Part shown: positions 37,420 to 47,805 of the stretch, in pieces
How positions within the stretch are numbered: position 1 is the first letter of the stretch
How the letters are laid out: every line of letters starts with the position of its first letter
Source of the DNA: an uncultured Candidatus Saccharibacteria bacterium
GTDB lineage: Bacteria > Patescibacteriota > Minisyncoccia > Phycocordibacterales > UBA918
DNA length: 64,000 nt
Assembly (NCBI GenBank): GCA_964626635.1
Contig: CAZVFY010000001.1
Span: forward strand, 112,498 to 176,497
Direction of reading: 5' to 3'
Translations under genes and position numbers: made by a program
Notes under the pieces: model-generated
What the model was told of the DNA's origin: nothing
Seen by the model: only the letters and a program-made list of their open reading frames with translations
Database searches by the model: none

Positions 37420-40327
37420 GTGACTGCATTCGAACAAATCGAAGTGCAAATGTCAAGAGAGCAAGGATGGCAAGAGCTCCGGCCGCGTTCGTGCCAGTGG
37501 CTGTTCCACCGGCTCCGGTATTAGCACCACCGCTTGGTACTACGGTGACCTGCTCGCCTGCAACTAGTGGAGTTGGTGCGGCGGTTGTGCTGATACCAGC
37601 CACAGTGCCGGCCACCTCGTCACCAGACTCGATGTCAGCGACCACTAGAGCGCCGCCAGCTCCACCGTTGTTGCTTCGATTAACGCGCGTTGCTAACGGA
37701 TTTGACGAGTCGTTTTCATCTGGATTCAAGCTTCCTTGATTACCGGTCGCTCCGCCGCCAGTACCACCGGTACTGCCACCGTTACCTGATCCTGTAGCAA
37801 CGTACGGAGTACAACTACTGTCCAAGATTACAATCGCGTCGACATCATACCCATCACCGCCCACGGTTGTTTGGTCAACTAATCGGACGTGGGTGACCTC
37901 CGTCAAACCGGCTACAGCGATGTCAACACTGCCGTCGCCAGTGATTGTACCAGCTGAAGCAAAGTTAACTCCGTCATCCGATAGTAAGACTTCTACAGCC
38001 TCTTTCGTGTCGCGGTTGCTACCGGTCACTTCGTAGATTGCAATATCGTCGCCAGCTGTATCAACTGCTTTTTGACCAGTAAATTCATAGTCTAGTTCAC
38101 CGTTGATACCGAGTGAGAAGAAATCACTTGGGTTAAACGTTGCTTCGCCGCCGGTAACGTTTTGGTAGCTAGCGATTGTATCAAGCGCCGTGAGAGTTCG
38201 TCGCTCAGTCGCTACTGGATTGCCGTCACTATCTACTGCATTGTCAGTCGATCGAACGATCGCGCCCTCAAGCGAACAAACGTTTGGTGTCGTGTCTGGA
38301 GCTACACACCCTGCAACGGTGACCGTAAGCGTTCCGCGATTATCTCTGTACCACTTATTTTTCTCTTCAAAAATGGCAAAGTTCATCGGGCTGTCTGTTC
38401 CGCTTACCAATGTTTGGTACGTATGAGCTGCGTTGTACGCACCCCACTCAACGTCTACCCCATCAATATAGAGATCGTGGGTTTCTTTCCCGGCTGCTTT
38501 CTTTGTCTGACCAGTTGGATCCCAGAACGCTGGTGATGATGGCTGGCTAGATCCAAATCCATTAAATGAGCTATATTCTGCATCTGATACATTGTCTTTT
38601 GATGTGCTGTTGCCGCCTAATCGATCAGACTCTTTACCGGTCCCGGGACCCCACGTAAAGGTACCGGATACAGTAATCAAGTAGTCTTCAGTGCTGAGCA
38701 AGTCAATGTCAGTCGTGGCTCCGGCTGGATTACGCGAATCAACGCTGAGGGTGGCAATTGTCTCGACTGTATGATCGGCTGGGCACTGGAGGACTGGGGT
38801 CGGTTCTGATGCTGGACACAAAGTAAACGTGTACGTAGCATTGTTTCCATCCACGTCATAGACAACCATGGTGTTTTGACCCGCAACCGCACCAAACACA
38901 CCGGGCTTAATAAAGTTCACATCACTCCATTCATTGTCTGACAAATCTTTCACAACGCCGTTGATTTCGACCCGATCAATCTCGCCGCCCTTATCGCGTA
39001 ACTTGTAGCTAATCATCGAATAGCCAAGTTCACAGGTAGTGGTGAATTTTTCTTCTGGTTTGATAGTCGCGGTTGGTGCGCTCGACTCTTTGTCTCGACC
39101 GGCACACAGCGTCACTATAATTTCTGTCATGTTGCCAGCAGTATCAAACAACTGAATTGTGTTCATGCCTTCAACCGCACCGTCACGTCCGGCCCGCACG
39201 CCATTAAGATCACTGAATTTGTCATCCTTCAAGTCTTTCTTTTCGCCGTTGATAAGTACGTAGTCAATTGCAACATTGTCTTTCAATTTGTAACTGACAT
39301 TTGAGAATCCTTGACCTGATTCGCACCGGTTAGCGCCATCTTTTTGGTCAATTTGTGGTTTTTTAGTGTCAATAGGAGTTGGTTCAGGACATACTGCGCC
39401 AAGACTTCCAGCCGTGGCAGTACGACTCTTGCCTTCAGCTGGGTTACCAAGTGTCCATTCAATTGCTTCAGTCGCTAGGTCAAATTCAACCGAAAACGCT
39501 GCATTTTCTGGCCGAAAGACTCCAGTATCATTAACAAATGGTGTGCGGCCAGGTAGAAATTCTGTTGGCTGTCCACGGTCTGGTCCATCCTGTACCTTGT
39601 TAAAGTCACCAAAATCAATGGTTACTGTTTCGGTGTTGCTATTTGTGTATCCAAAGTAGCCGGTCGCAGTCACACCGTCTTCATTTGGCAGGTAACACTC
39701 AAAGATTGGCTTAATTTCCCATGTTGGGTTGGTGTCAGGCTGATTTGTGTCTTCTGACTCATTTTCACCTCCCTGGTCATCTTCACCCATAGAAACAACG
39801 GCTTTAACTGTTGCAGTTTGAGCAATTAGAATAGTATTGTCACCAGTCGTTACTTCGGTGAAAATATCATACTCACCTTCGGCATCATTTTGATAGCAAA
39901 CACTCTTGCTTTGTGAATTTGTTCTAATAGTCACTTGCGTAATTGGTCCATTGTCGACATTACACACACCCTCATGAGTTCCGCCAAAGAATGTACCTCC
40001 AGCACCGCCGTCAGACAATTTCACAGTAGTTGTCTCAGTAGCCTTTTGATCAAGACTTAACTTGAAATTAATTGGCTGTCCAACCACGCCCGCAATGTTT
40101 CCCAGCTCTTCAATTTTAGTTGGTGGTGTTGGTGTATCTGGCGTGTCTAAGGCCTGAACGTCAGACAAGTCCTCTAATGTCAGATCTTCGCCTGTCTCGG
40201 TTTCAATCTCCGCATTTAATTCAGCATCCTCTTGCGCTGTCGCCACCGGCACGCTACCGATTGCAATTGCCACCAGCGCGAACGCAGTGAAGCACTTTGT
40301 AATAAAACTTTCTTGCATACGTATCAA
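37406..40327 (-). CDS. Secreted multidomain surface protein, putative class F sortase substrate
   Basis: Signal peptide; duplicated SYKL.D...ID.V.ING..KDL.D...SD.N module; C-terminal VPSGGANTGAGG plus TM and basic residues; stop overlaps the sortase start. Confidence 0.8.
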   Translation of the reverse strand: MIRMQESFITKCFTAFALVAIAIGSVPVATAQEDAELNAEIETETGEDLTLEDLSDVQALDTPDTPTPPTKIEELGNIAGVVGQPINFKLSLDQKATETTTVKLSDGGAGGTFFGGTHEGVCNVDNGPITQVTIRTNSQSKSVCYQNDAEGEYDIFTEVTTGDNTILIAQTATVKAVVSMGEDDQGGENESEDTNQPDTNPTWEIKPIFECYLPNEDGVTATGYFGYTNSNTETVTIDFGDFNKVQDGPDRGQPTEFLPGRTPFVNDTGVFRPENAAFSVEFDLATEAIEWTLGNPAEGKSRTATAGSLGAVCPEPTPIDTKKPQIDQKDGANRCESGQGFSNVSYKLKDNVAIDYVLINGEKKDLKDDKFSDLNGVRAGRDGAVEGMNTIQLFDTAGNMTEIIVTLCAGRDKESSAPTATIKPEEKFTTTCELGYSMISYKLRDKGGEIDRVEINGVVKDLSDNEWSDVNFIKPGVFGAVAGQNTMVVYDVDGNNATYTFTLCPASEPTPVLQCPADHTVETIATLSVDSRNPAGATTDIDLLSTEDYLITVSGTFTWGPGTGKESDRLGGNSTSKDNVSDAEYSSFNGFGSSQPSSPAFWDPTGQTKKAAGKETHDLYIDGVDVEWGAYNAAHTYQTLVSGTDSPMNFAIFEEKNKWYRDNRGTLTVTVAGCVAPDTTPNVCSLEGAIVRSTDNAVDSDGNPVATERRTLTALDTIASYQNVTGGEATFNPSDFFSLGINGELDYEFTGQKAVDTAGDDIAIYEVTGSNRDTKEAVEVLLSDDGVNFASAGTITGDGSVDIAVAGLTEVTHVRLVDQTTVGGDGYDVDAIVILDSSCTPYVATGSGNGGSTGGTGGGATGNQGSLNPDENDSSNPLATRVNRSNNGGAGGALVVADIESGDEVAGTVAGISTTAAPTPLVAGEQVTVVPSGGANTGAGGTATGTNAAGALAILALLTFALRFVRMQSHGQG

Positions 40328-40436
40328 TAGTTATAGTTCAGTAATCGCCTACCCACCAGACTCGTTTGAGTGCGGCTAGAATGGTTTACTCCACAGTACG
40401 CAATGTGGACTTTTTGTCAAGTTGTACAAACAAATA

Positions 40437-41291
40437 TTATTGTGGTCGGACGCGCATATTCATCACAGCGTGACACGGATGCGCTTGATTGGTAGCGATT
40501 TTTTGCTCCATTTTGTCAACGTATGCTATCAAAGCAGCGCGTTCTTTTACCAGTGTGGCTCGGGTAGGCTTGCTGCTTTTGAGGGTCATAGGCATCACGC
40601 CACAGGCGGTGAACCGCCCAACAGTGGTGGTCGGTGCGCCAAATAGTCGCACCATTTGGTTGTCCTGGTGTCCGACAAATTGCTGCACTAATTCTGGTTC
40701 TGCAAATACTATCCAAGACTGATTGTCTGCATCTAGTAATACCACTGTCGAAGTTGAGCGCCGATCCTGCACGACCCCCATTAACCTGCCTTGTTGGGGT
40801 GCTTGCCATAACCTGGCTTCACGTTCGGCTTGGGAGGTATACATTGGCGCTACATCACCGAGCCAAGAGTCAAAATACCAGCCAAAATTATTGATATACA
40901 GTGCAGCACCCAGTAGCACGCTACTGCATACACTAGTACCGGCCAAGAATGCCACCGACGAGCGATACCCTCGCCCCACGCGGCGTAATTGCCTAATCGC
41001 AACGAGCAACATTAAGGCAAACACGCCTAGCCATACAAATGGCAGTGTATCAATCAAAAACGTCACGAAGTTACTGTGCGTCGCCTCATAAAAATCATAA
41101 TACCGATACATCCCCGCAAACGACAATACTGCTAGTGCCACGCCGCCGAGCGCGATGGACCCTACCCACAAGACCCAAGTCGCGCCACGCCGACACAAAA
41201 ACCAATACCGCGCGCGCGGCGCAATGCCTTGCTGATCTATGCAATTATAGACGCGATCTTTAAGTGGTTCTCTGGTGGGTGGAGTGGTCAT
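40437..41291 (-). CDS. Three-TM membrane protein, putative anti-sigma factor
   Basis: Directly downstream of the ECF sigma gene; three TMs followed by an extracellular domain. Confidence 0.55.
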   Translation of the reverse strand: MTTPPTREPLKDRVYNCIDQQGIAPRARYWFLCRRGATWVLWVGSIALGGVALAVLSFAGMYRYYDFYEATHSNFVTFLIDTLPFVWLGVFALMLLVAIRQLRRVGRGYRSSVAFLAGTSVCSSVLLGAALYINNFGWYFDSWLGDVAPMYTSQAEREARLWQAPQQGRLMGVVQDRRSTSTVVLLDADNQSWIVFAEPELVQQFVGHQDNQMVRLFGAPTTTVGRFTACGVMPMTLKSSKPTRATLVKERAALIAYVDKMEQKIATNQAHPCHAVMNMRVRPQ

Positions 41292-41301
41292 AGACTTTTC
41301 T

Positions 41302-41898
41302 TTACATACGGATAGTGTCGGTTTTTATGACAGTAGAGAGCTGTTTTTTGCCGCGGTGGATCAGCGTCCCAACTGAGCCAATCGGAATTTTGAGGATGTC
41401 GCTAATTTCTTCGTACTCTTTGTGTTCAAAAAATCGCAACAGCAACACTTGACGATACTTGTCGTCGATTTGTAATAAAGCCTGGTTGATGACCTCTGCA
41501 TTGATACCTTGGTCGAACTGCACATCAGCGTCAGTCACGTCACCGGCTGACATAAACCCGATCAGTTCGTCACTATCGCCGACCATATGCCCCTCGGGTC
41601 GAACGTTTCGTTTGCGGTACCAGCTGATGGCTTCGTTGTGCGCGATCCGGTACACCCAGGATGAAAACTTTAATTTTGGATCAAAGCCGTTGATGTTGCG
41701 GTAGGTTTTAAGGAAAATATCTTGCAGTACATCCAGTTGATCGTCCGGGTTACGCACCCCGAGCCTCGTGATGTATCGTCGTAGCGGCGCCTCGTAACGT
41801 TCGATCAATACACCGAACAATTCTTTGTTGTCGGACACGCGGGTGGCGATGGCTTCGTCACTCTCAGGAGTTGCTGGTTGTTGTTGCGAGTCATCCAC
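41302..41898 (-). CDS. ECF RNA polymerase sigma factor (SigW-like)
   Basis: DVLQDIFLKTY, KFSSWVYRIAHNEAI, YEEISDILKIPIGSVGTLIHRGK; probable GTG start at 41898. Confidence 0.92.
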   Translation of the reverse strand: MDDSQQQPATPESDEAIATRVSDNKELFGVLIERYEAPLRRYITRLGVRNPDDQLDVLQDIFLKTYRNINGFDPKLKFSSWVYRIAHNEAISWYRKRNVRPEGHMVGDSDELIGFMSAGDVTDADVQFDQGINAEVINQALLQIDDKYRQVLLLRFFEHKEYEEISDILKIPIGSVGTLIHRGKKQLSTVIKTDTIRM

Positions 41899-41912
41899 CG
41901 TACAATAGTGAC

Positions 41913-42647
41913 ATGAATACCCCCGACAAGCCAATGACTTTTCCGATGCGCCTCAACAAATATTTGGCCCATACTGGAGTCTCGTCCCGGCGCGAGGCAG
42001 ATACACTGATCGAGAAAGGCCAAGTCCTCATCAACGGCAACGTGGCTGCCCTCGGCACCCAAGTTCAAGACGGTGACGACGTGATAATCAAAGGCAAAAC
42101 CCCCAAGAAACAATACCTCGCCTATTACAAAGGGCGCGGGATTATCTCGCACTCACCGGAGGCGGGCGAACAAGACATCGCGACGCAACTCGAAAAGACC
42201 TACGGGCTCAGAGGTATTCACCCCGTCGGACGCCTCGACAAGGACTCGGAAGGTTTAATGATATTGACTAATGATGGTCGCCTAACCGGACCACTACTCG
42301 ATCCAGCCAGCTCCAACGAGAAAGAGTACGACGTCCTCGTCGACAAGCCGCTGACTGGTATGGCCGCGCGCATTATGGCCGGTGGTGTCGATATCGAGGG
42401 CTACCAGACTAAGCCAGCCGAGGTCACCCGTAATCCCAAGAATGACAAGCGATTCAAAATCGTCCTTACCGAAGGTAAAAAACACCAAATCCGCCGCATG
42501 TGCGCGGCGGTCGGGTACCAAGTCCAGTCACTTAAGCGAGTGCGAGTAATGAATGTAGAGCTGGGTGAGCTGAAACCAAATCAATTCCGCAAGATCAGCG
42601 GTGACGAGTTGGGCGAACTAGCTCAGCAGCTAGGTATTACATTATAA
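41913..42647 (+). CDS. RsuA/RluB/RluF-family rRNA pseudouridine synthase
   Basis: S4 domain MRLNKYLA..GV.SRREAD, GRLDKDSEGL catalytic motif, EGKKHQIRRM. Confidence 0.93.
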   Translation: MNTPDKPMTFPMRLNKYLAHTGVSSRREADTLIEKGQVLINGNVAALGTQVQDGDDVIIKGKTPKKQYLAYYKGRGIISHSPEAGEQDIATQLEKTYGLRGIHPVGRLDKDSEGLMILTNDGRLTGPLLDPASSNEKEYDVLVDKPLTGMAARIMAGGVDIEGYQTKPAEVTRNPKNDKRFKIVLTEGKKHQIRRMCAAVGYQVQSLKRVRVMNVELGELKPNQFRKISGDELGELAQQLGITL

Positions 42648-42659
42648 CCGTAATTCGGG

Positions 42660-43025
42660 TTATCCAGCCACAAACACCTCCTCATCATTCACACACGACA
42701 CCATTTGCCACATATTGGCGGCGTCGTACGCCACCTCATGACATTGCTCTAGCGCAGCTTCTTTCGAAAGTGATGCGGCAGACTGGTTTAGCATGACTTC
42801 ACCATCAACACTGATCACAAAGGTGGCCGCTGGAGTGGTGCTGACACTAGCTAGTAACAGGGCTTGGACGCGGTTTATTTGGGCAGCAATCCATTGCAGC
42901 TGTACCATTATTTCAGATTCACTGCGAACCGATGGTGTAAAGTCTTCATTCGCAATTGTGCTAACTGGGTATACAAAAAGAATCCCACTCATGATTGCCA
43001 ATACTACTATGTATTTCATATACAT
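42660..43025 (-). CDS. Small secreted hypothetical protein
   Basis: Signal peptide, QLQWIAAQINRVQALL helix, Cys pair. Confidence 0.6.
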   Translation of the reverse strand: MYMKYIVVLAIMSGILFVYPVSTIANEDFTPSVRSESEIMVQLQWIAAQINRVQALLLASVSTTPAATFVISVDGEVMLNQSAASLSKEAALEQCHEVAYDAANMWQMVSCVNDEEVFVAG

Positions 43026-43052
43026 TGACTATAGTTATGGTAGTACTACTTG

Positions 43053-43655
43053 TCAAGTATTTTTTAGGTCCAGCAGTTGCTCTAAGAGCATAACGATTTT
43101 TTGTAAGAGTTCTATTTGCTCGAGTAGCTGTTTGGTCTGGTATTGTGCCGGAGTGTCAATAGTGACGTTTAGTGTGCCGCCGGTAGAATCCCCGTTTGTC
43201 GCAGCAATGAGGTCTTTCGCTAGGTCAGAATCATCTGCAAATACGTTTGATACGAGGTATTCGTCCGGGGTATCACCACTGCGCAAGACGTACACTTGGG
43301 TTGTGTCATCGGCTGGTGGCGCACCGGCGCACAAATAACCCCACGTTGGATCAACTGTAAAACTCACCGTCAGCTGCTCTGGTGCTGCACCCTGATGTAC
43401 CGCGCTAATTGCGACCGTTTGTGTCACAGCACCAGCCACGAACTGTTCATTCGGATCATCTGAACCAGTTGCTGTCAGCTCACCGTCAGTATTCAATACT
43501 TCGGCCGTCACGATAATTGCTTGGCTGTCGGCCGCCGTATAAAATTCAATCGAGCTAACAGGGTCAAGGCAAGAAAGCGCCTGGGCGGGTTGTGGTTGCG
43601 CAAAATAACCAGCTGATAGAATTGCAGCAAACAAAAATGGTGTAAAGAATTTCAT
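43053..43655 (-). CDS. Secreted hypothetical protein, TIMP/NTR-like N-terminus (ALSCL) and C-terminal helix
   Basis: Start MKFFTP at 43655 with TGG-TATACT 8 nt upstream; signal peptide; QLLEQIELLQKIVMLLEQLL tail. Confidence 0.65.
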   Translation of the reverse strand: MKFFTPFLFAAILSAGYFAQPQPAQALSCLDPVSSIEFYTAADSQAIIVTAEVLNTDGELTATGSDDPNEQFVAGAVTQTVAISAVHQGAAPEQLTVSFTVDPTWGYLCAGAPPADDTTQVYVLRSGDTPDEYLVSNVFADDSDLAKDLIAATNGDSTGGTLNVTIDTPAQYQTKQLLEQIELLQKIVMLLEQLLDLKNT

Positions 43656-43676
43656 ATTTATAAAGTATACCAATGT

Positions 43677-43890
43677 AAATGCCCCTGTCGATCGTCTCGA
43701 CAGGGGCAGGGTGAGGATGAGGCGTACCAGACGCATGTTCGCAGCAATCAGCACCGCGGCATCTCCAGAGCTTCGGTTGCGCGTGCCATTAGCTACTAAC
43801 GCATTGATTTGACCTTAGCTACAGGTTAGGGTATTGCAAGGCTGCCTCCCTTTAAGTAACAAAAGCTGTTTCTTGCTACCGTTCGGCCTC
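43677..43890 (-). ncRNA. Candidate structured non-coding RNA (~170-210 nt) downstream of typA
   Basis: Own promoter (TTGCAA 43925-43920, 17-nt spacer, TACATT 43902-43897), pairable ends (GAGGC/GCCTC), several hairpins, terminator-like stem, no credible ORF. Confidence 0.5.
43681..43707 (-). terminator. Perfect 11-bp GC hairpin, likely terminator
   Basis: GCCCCTGTCGA-TCGTC-TCGACAGGGGC; followed by ATTT on the minus strand. Confidence 0.7.
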
Positions 43891-43925
43891 AATGAGAATG
43901 TATCATCTAGGAACGCAAATTGCAA

Positions 43926-45704
43926 CTACCTCTTTCGCTCACTTTCCTTTAACTTTTGCTTTCGCAGACGGATGCTCTCGGGACAGACTTCGAGGTATTC
44001 GTCTGGCTGCATGATCTCGAGGCCGAGTTCAATCGTCAGTGGCCGATGTGGCACCAGGTTGATCGCATCATCAGACCCACTGGCGCGGACGTTCGTTAAC
44101 TGCTTACCTTTGGTTGGGTTCGCGGCCATTTCTTCACCCTTGTTGGTGTTTCCAATAACCATTCCTTCGTACACCTCGGTACCGGCGCCAATGTACAGCT
44201 CGCCGCGATCCTGGAGGTTATATAGTGAGAAGCCTAGTGCTTTGCCGGTCGCCATCGAGGTCATTGAGCCAACCTGACGTTTTTTAATCTCGCCGGCGTA
44301 GGCGCGGAATTCAATGAACCGCGACGCGAGGATCCCTTCGCCTTTCGTATCAATAATAAACTGATTCTTAAAGCCTAACAATCCGCGGGTCGGCCCCTCA
44401 AACAGCAATCGCACCTGGTTCTCGTGCGGGATCATATTCTGCATGATAGAGCCGCGGTTCGAAAGACGTTCGATCACGGTACCTTGGAACTCGCTCGGGA
44501 TATCGATAGTCACTTCTTCGTACGGTTCACTTTTGACGCCGTCGATGTCCTTGACGATGACTTGTGGTTGCGACACTGACAGCTCGTACCCTTCGCGACG
44601 CATATTTTCGAGGAGCACCGCGATGTGCATCTCGCCACGCCCTTTGACGTCGTAGGCGTCACCGCCGGCTGACTCAACCTGTAACCCGACGTTAATCTCT
44701 AGTTCTTTCTCGAGGCGTTCACCGATCTGGCGACTAGTGACGTACTTGCCTTCGCGGCCGGCAAATGGGCTCGAGTTTACTAAAAATTGCATCGCAACAG
44801 TTGGCTCGTCCACGGCAATAGCTGGAAGTAATTCGGCGTCTTCGCTGTCCGTAATAGTGGTGCCGATATCGGCATTTTCTAGACCCGCGATTAGTACGAT
44901 GTCACCCGCGAACGCTTCATCTAGTTCGACTTGTTTGACACCCTGATAACCAGACAGTTTGACGATTTTGCCCTTTTTAGTTTCCTCGCCTTCGGCCTTG
45001 AGTAGCACTTGCTGACCTTTCTTGATCGAGCCGTCATAAATACGCGCGACCGCTAATCGTCCAAGGAAGTTGTCGTACCCCAAGTTAAACACCTGCGCGC
45101 GCAGCGCCTCGCCTTCGGTATAGGTTTTGGCAACGGGGACGTGTTCCAGGATCGTATCGAGGACTGGCGCGAGGTCCACTAGTTCGTCGTCTAGGTTGCG
45201 TTTGGCGACACCGTCGCGCCCGATCGCGTAGACGACTGGAAAATTCGACTGCTCGTCGTCTGCGCCGAGTTCGAGGAATAGCTCGAGGACTTGTTCTTCG
45301 GCGCGGTCAGGATCAGCTGCAGGCTTGTCGATCTTGTTAATAACGACGATCGGTTTAAGGCCAAGTTCGAGGGATTTCTTGAGGACGAACCGGGTCTGTG
45401 GCATCGGACCTTCCTGCGCGTCGACTACCAGCAATACCGAGTCAATCGACCGCAGAACGCGCTCGACCTCTGACCCAAAGTCGGCGTGACCTGGCGTATC
45501 AACGATGTTGATCTTGGTGTCTTTGTATTCGACACTGGTGTTTTTCGCATAAATAGTGATACCGCGCTCTTGTTCGAGGGCGTTGTTGTCCATTGAGGCG
45601 TCGCCTTCGCGCGCACCAGTGAATTCCATCAGACCATCGGTCAGGGTCGTCTTGCCGTGGTCAACGTGGGCGATAATAGCGATATTGCGGATGTCAGTGC
45701 TCAT
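43926..45704 (-). CDS. typA: Translational GTPase TypA/BipA
   Basis: [64 protein letters not shown]. Confidence 0.97.
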   Translation of the reverse strand: MSTDIRNIAIIAHVDHGKTTLTDGLMEFTGAREGDASMDNNALEQERGITIYAKNTSVEYKDTKINIVDTPGHADFGSEVERVLRSIDSVLLVVDAQEGPMPQTRFVLKKSLELGLKPIVVINKIDKPAADPDRAEEQVLELFLELGADDEQSNFPVVYAIGRDGVAKRNLDDELVDLAPVLDTILEHVPVAKTYTEGEALRAQVFNLGYDNFLGRLAVARIYDGSIKKGQQVLLKAEGEETKKGKIVKLSGYQGVKQVELDEAFAGDIVLIAGLENADIGTTITDSEDAELLPAIAVDEPTVAMQFLVNSSPFAGREGKYVTSRQIGERLEKELEINVGLQVESAGGDAYDVKGRGEMHIAVLLENMRREGYELSVSQPQVIVKDIDGVKSEPYEEVTIDIPSEFQGTVIERLSNRGSIMQNMIPHENQVRLLFEGPTRGLLGFKNQFIIDTKGEGILASRFIEFRAYAGEIKKRQVGSMTSMATGKALGFSLYNLQDRGELYIGAGTEVYEGMVIGNTNKGEEMAANPTKGKQLTNVRASGSDDAINLVPHRPLTIELGLEIMQPDEYLEVCPESIRLRKQKLKESERKR

Positions 45705-45887
45705 AGAATATAAAAGTGAGTGTGTAGCATACGTATAAATGCAGCTTTTGTCTACTATTGGATGGGTGTGAGCGCTCGACTACAACACCTCGCTACAACT
45801 GGAACCATTCTCCCGAGAACGCATACCACCCAAACCAAAATATCCCACACCCAAATGCGATAATTATGAGAATTTTAAGTAAACCGA

Positions 45888-46544
45888 TCATTGCAATTGA
45901 TCGTCTGTGGTAGTACGCCGCCGCAGGTACCACGTGCCAGCTATGGCCACTACCAGTAAGATGATACCAAGCGGATAATACAGTAAATTCGAACCTAGCA
46001 TCCGGACACCACTGTAGCCGAACTCATTCTGGATTGTCCGGGTACGTGCGAGCGCACTCCCATACCCAATCGCTACATCACCGCCCACTGACAACAAATA
46101 CGGCCCGACATTGTCCGGCGTACTGACTTCGATGCGATACTGCCCCGCTGGCAGCGTCTCATTTGAGAGCATGGCTAGGCGGACGTTTATTCCCAATTCG
46201 CTATTGCGCCCAGCTGGCAGTGTCAAAGGATCAACAATCACCCGAGAAATTTCCTCTACCCCTCCACCGCGGGCGTCGCGGCGCACTAATAACGCCATAT
46301 ACACATCGTCGAGGTGCGCCGGGACGGTCAGCTGCAGCGCGATGTCTCGGTCTTGTTCGATTATTAGTTCGTACGTGTGTGGGTAGCCCGCCAGCGTCCC
46401 GACGTACTCGTTGGGCAGGGCGCTAGATTCAATCGGAATAAGTTCAAACGGCGCTGCATCATTCACAGTGACCGGAGCAGCTAGCACTAAGGCCCCAGGT
46501 AGCAGCAGCACCAATAAGAGACCCAAACGCAGCGGAATATTCAT
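45888..46544 (-). CDS. Secreted/membrane-anchored hypothetical protein
   Basis: Signal peptide, beta domain, C-terminal TM followed by RRR; TGC-TATGAT 6 nt before ATG. Confidence 0.7.
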   Translation of the reverse strand: MNIPLRLGLLLVLLLPGALVLAAPVTVNDAAPFELIPIESSALPNEYVGTLAGYPHTYELIIEQDRDIALQLTVPAHLDDVYMALLVRRDARGGGVEEISRVIVDPLTLPAGRNSELGINVRLAMLSNETLPAGQYRIEVSTPDNVGPYLLSVGGDVAIGYGSALARTRTIQNEFGYSGVRMLGSNLLYYPLGIILLVVAIAGTWYLRRRTTTDDQLQ

Positions 46545-46625
46545 GGTTCTATCATAGCAGACTACTGCCGGCAGTGGCTATGCGCCAGACCCACTATCAG
46601 TTGTGCTGCGCCGCCGATATACCCT

Positions 46626-47045
46626 TTACCAACTAGATGCTGACCGGCCACGCGGCTCGAGCCCGGCTTCTTCTAGAATGGCCCTGAACGTCTCGCGATC
46701 ATTGCTCATTCGAGCGACGTGTAATGCTTCGGCCTGGTCATCAGTTAGATGCTCCCTGATCTGCAGTAGTTGGGTACGGTGGCGCTGCTGCTGTCTAGCG
46801 TGGCGGAGGTTCGCGATGACCTTTTCATCAATCCCGCCAGCAATCAACGCGTCGCGGGCGGCTGCGATGTCCCCCTGCTCGCGCAGCTCTCGGGCCACTT
46901 GGATCGCGATAACTTGATCGTCAGACAATCCAGCGCGGGTGAGGAACTCCTGGTTTCCAAAGGCTTGGACACTGGTAATCGTGACAGCGAATGCCCCTAC
47001 CGCAAATGCGAGTGAAGTTGAAGTTTGTTTCAGTGCTTTTTTCAT
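46626..47045 (-). CDS. Small secreted helical hypothetical protein
   Basis: Signal peptide; two LSDDQ..A...AR / LTDDQ..A...AR helical repeats. Confidence 0.65.
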   Translation of the reverse strand: MKKALKQTSTSLAFAVGAFAVTITSVQAFGNQEFLTRAGLSDDQVIAIQVARELREQGDIAAARDALIAGGIDEKVIANLRHARQQQRHRTQLLQIREHLTDDQAEALHVARMSNDRETFRAILEEAGLEPRGRSASSW

Positions 47046-47143
47046 ACAAATGAAGTGATGTGTGACTTACGAGTACATAGTTTAGTACCCCGTTAGCTGG
47101 CGACTATTTCACATCACGATACATCGAGGCAATATGGCAATAC

Positions 47144-47659
47144 CTAGTTGGTGATTTGCTCGAAATAGAGCCACATTCCCGATAGCGCGAGCCACAATTC
47201 GCTGGCCGGATCGACCGTCGTCCCGCACGAATCGAGCGTGTACTCGGCGTCATTCAAAGTAATTTCATACCGGACATCAATCCCCTCGGTGTATGAATTA
47301 CAAAGCGCCGGAGTGGTCGGCTGGCTTTGGGCGCGCAACGCGCTAACACGTAACACCTCTTCTAGCTCGCCCACTACCCTGCGACTAGCCTCGCCCGAGC
47401 GTAGCACTCGGCCACTGCCACCAGGGTAAAAGAAATAGCGATACTCACCGGTGTCGTCGATGCGAAATTGCGGACACGTGCCAGTCGCGTCACAACTACC
47501 GTAAGCGTTGCTGATGATGGTAAAGGTATCTTGTCGTTCTTCGACGGCAGTGGTGACTGTACGCTCGACCGGCGCAAAGCCAGTGAAATAGGTGTACACA
47601 CCAATCATCACCCCCGTAAAGAAGGTGAGGAACATGAGGAGTAGGTCACGGCGTTCCAT
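47144..47659 (-). CDS. Membrane-anchored hypothetical protein with two Cys pairs
   Basis: N-terminal TM; GSC..TGTCP.F.I...G.Y motif. Confidence 0.7.
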   Translation of the reverse strand: MERRDLLLMFLTFFTGVMIGVYTYFTGFAPVERTVTTAVEERQDTFTIISNAYGSCDATGTCPQFRIDDTGEYRYFFYPGGSGRVLRSGEASRRVVGELEEVLRVSALRAQSQPTTPALCNSYTEGIDVRYEITLNDAEYTLDSCGTTVDPASELWLALSGMWLYFEQITN

Positions 47660-47716
47660 TCTGTATATCCTACCGCATTAGCAGATTGTTGGTATACTGT
47701 TGTGCCAAAGCGCATT

Positions 47717-47801
47717 GGAAGAGTGGCTGAGTGGTCGAAAGCGCACGCTTGGAAAGCGTGTGGGGCGAAAGCCCTCGCAGGTTCGAATCCTGTCTCTTCC
47801 G
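47717..47801 (+). tRNA. tRNA-Ser(GGA)
   Basis: Acceptor GGAAGAG/CTCTTCC, anticodon arm CACGC-TTGGAAA-GCGTG, long variable arm GGGC-GAAA-GCCC, T-loop GTTCGAATC; CCA not encoded. Confidence 0.97.
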
Positions 47802-47805
47802 CATA

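Noticed and set aside
43656-43754. N-terminal extension of the 233-aa ORF
   Set aside because: It runs through a terminator-like hairpin; the ATG at 43655 has a -10 element and yields a signal peptide
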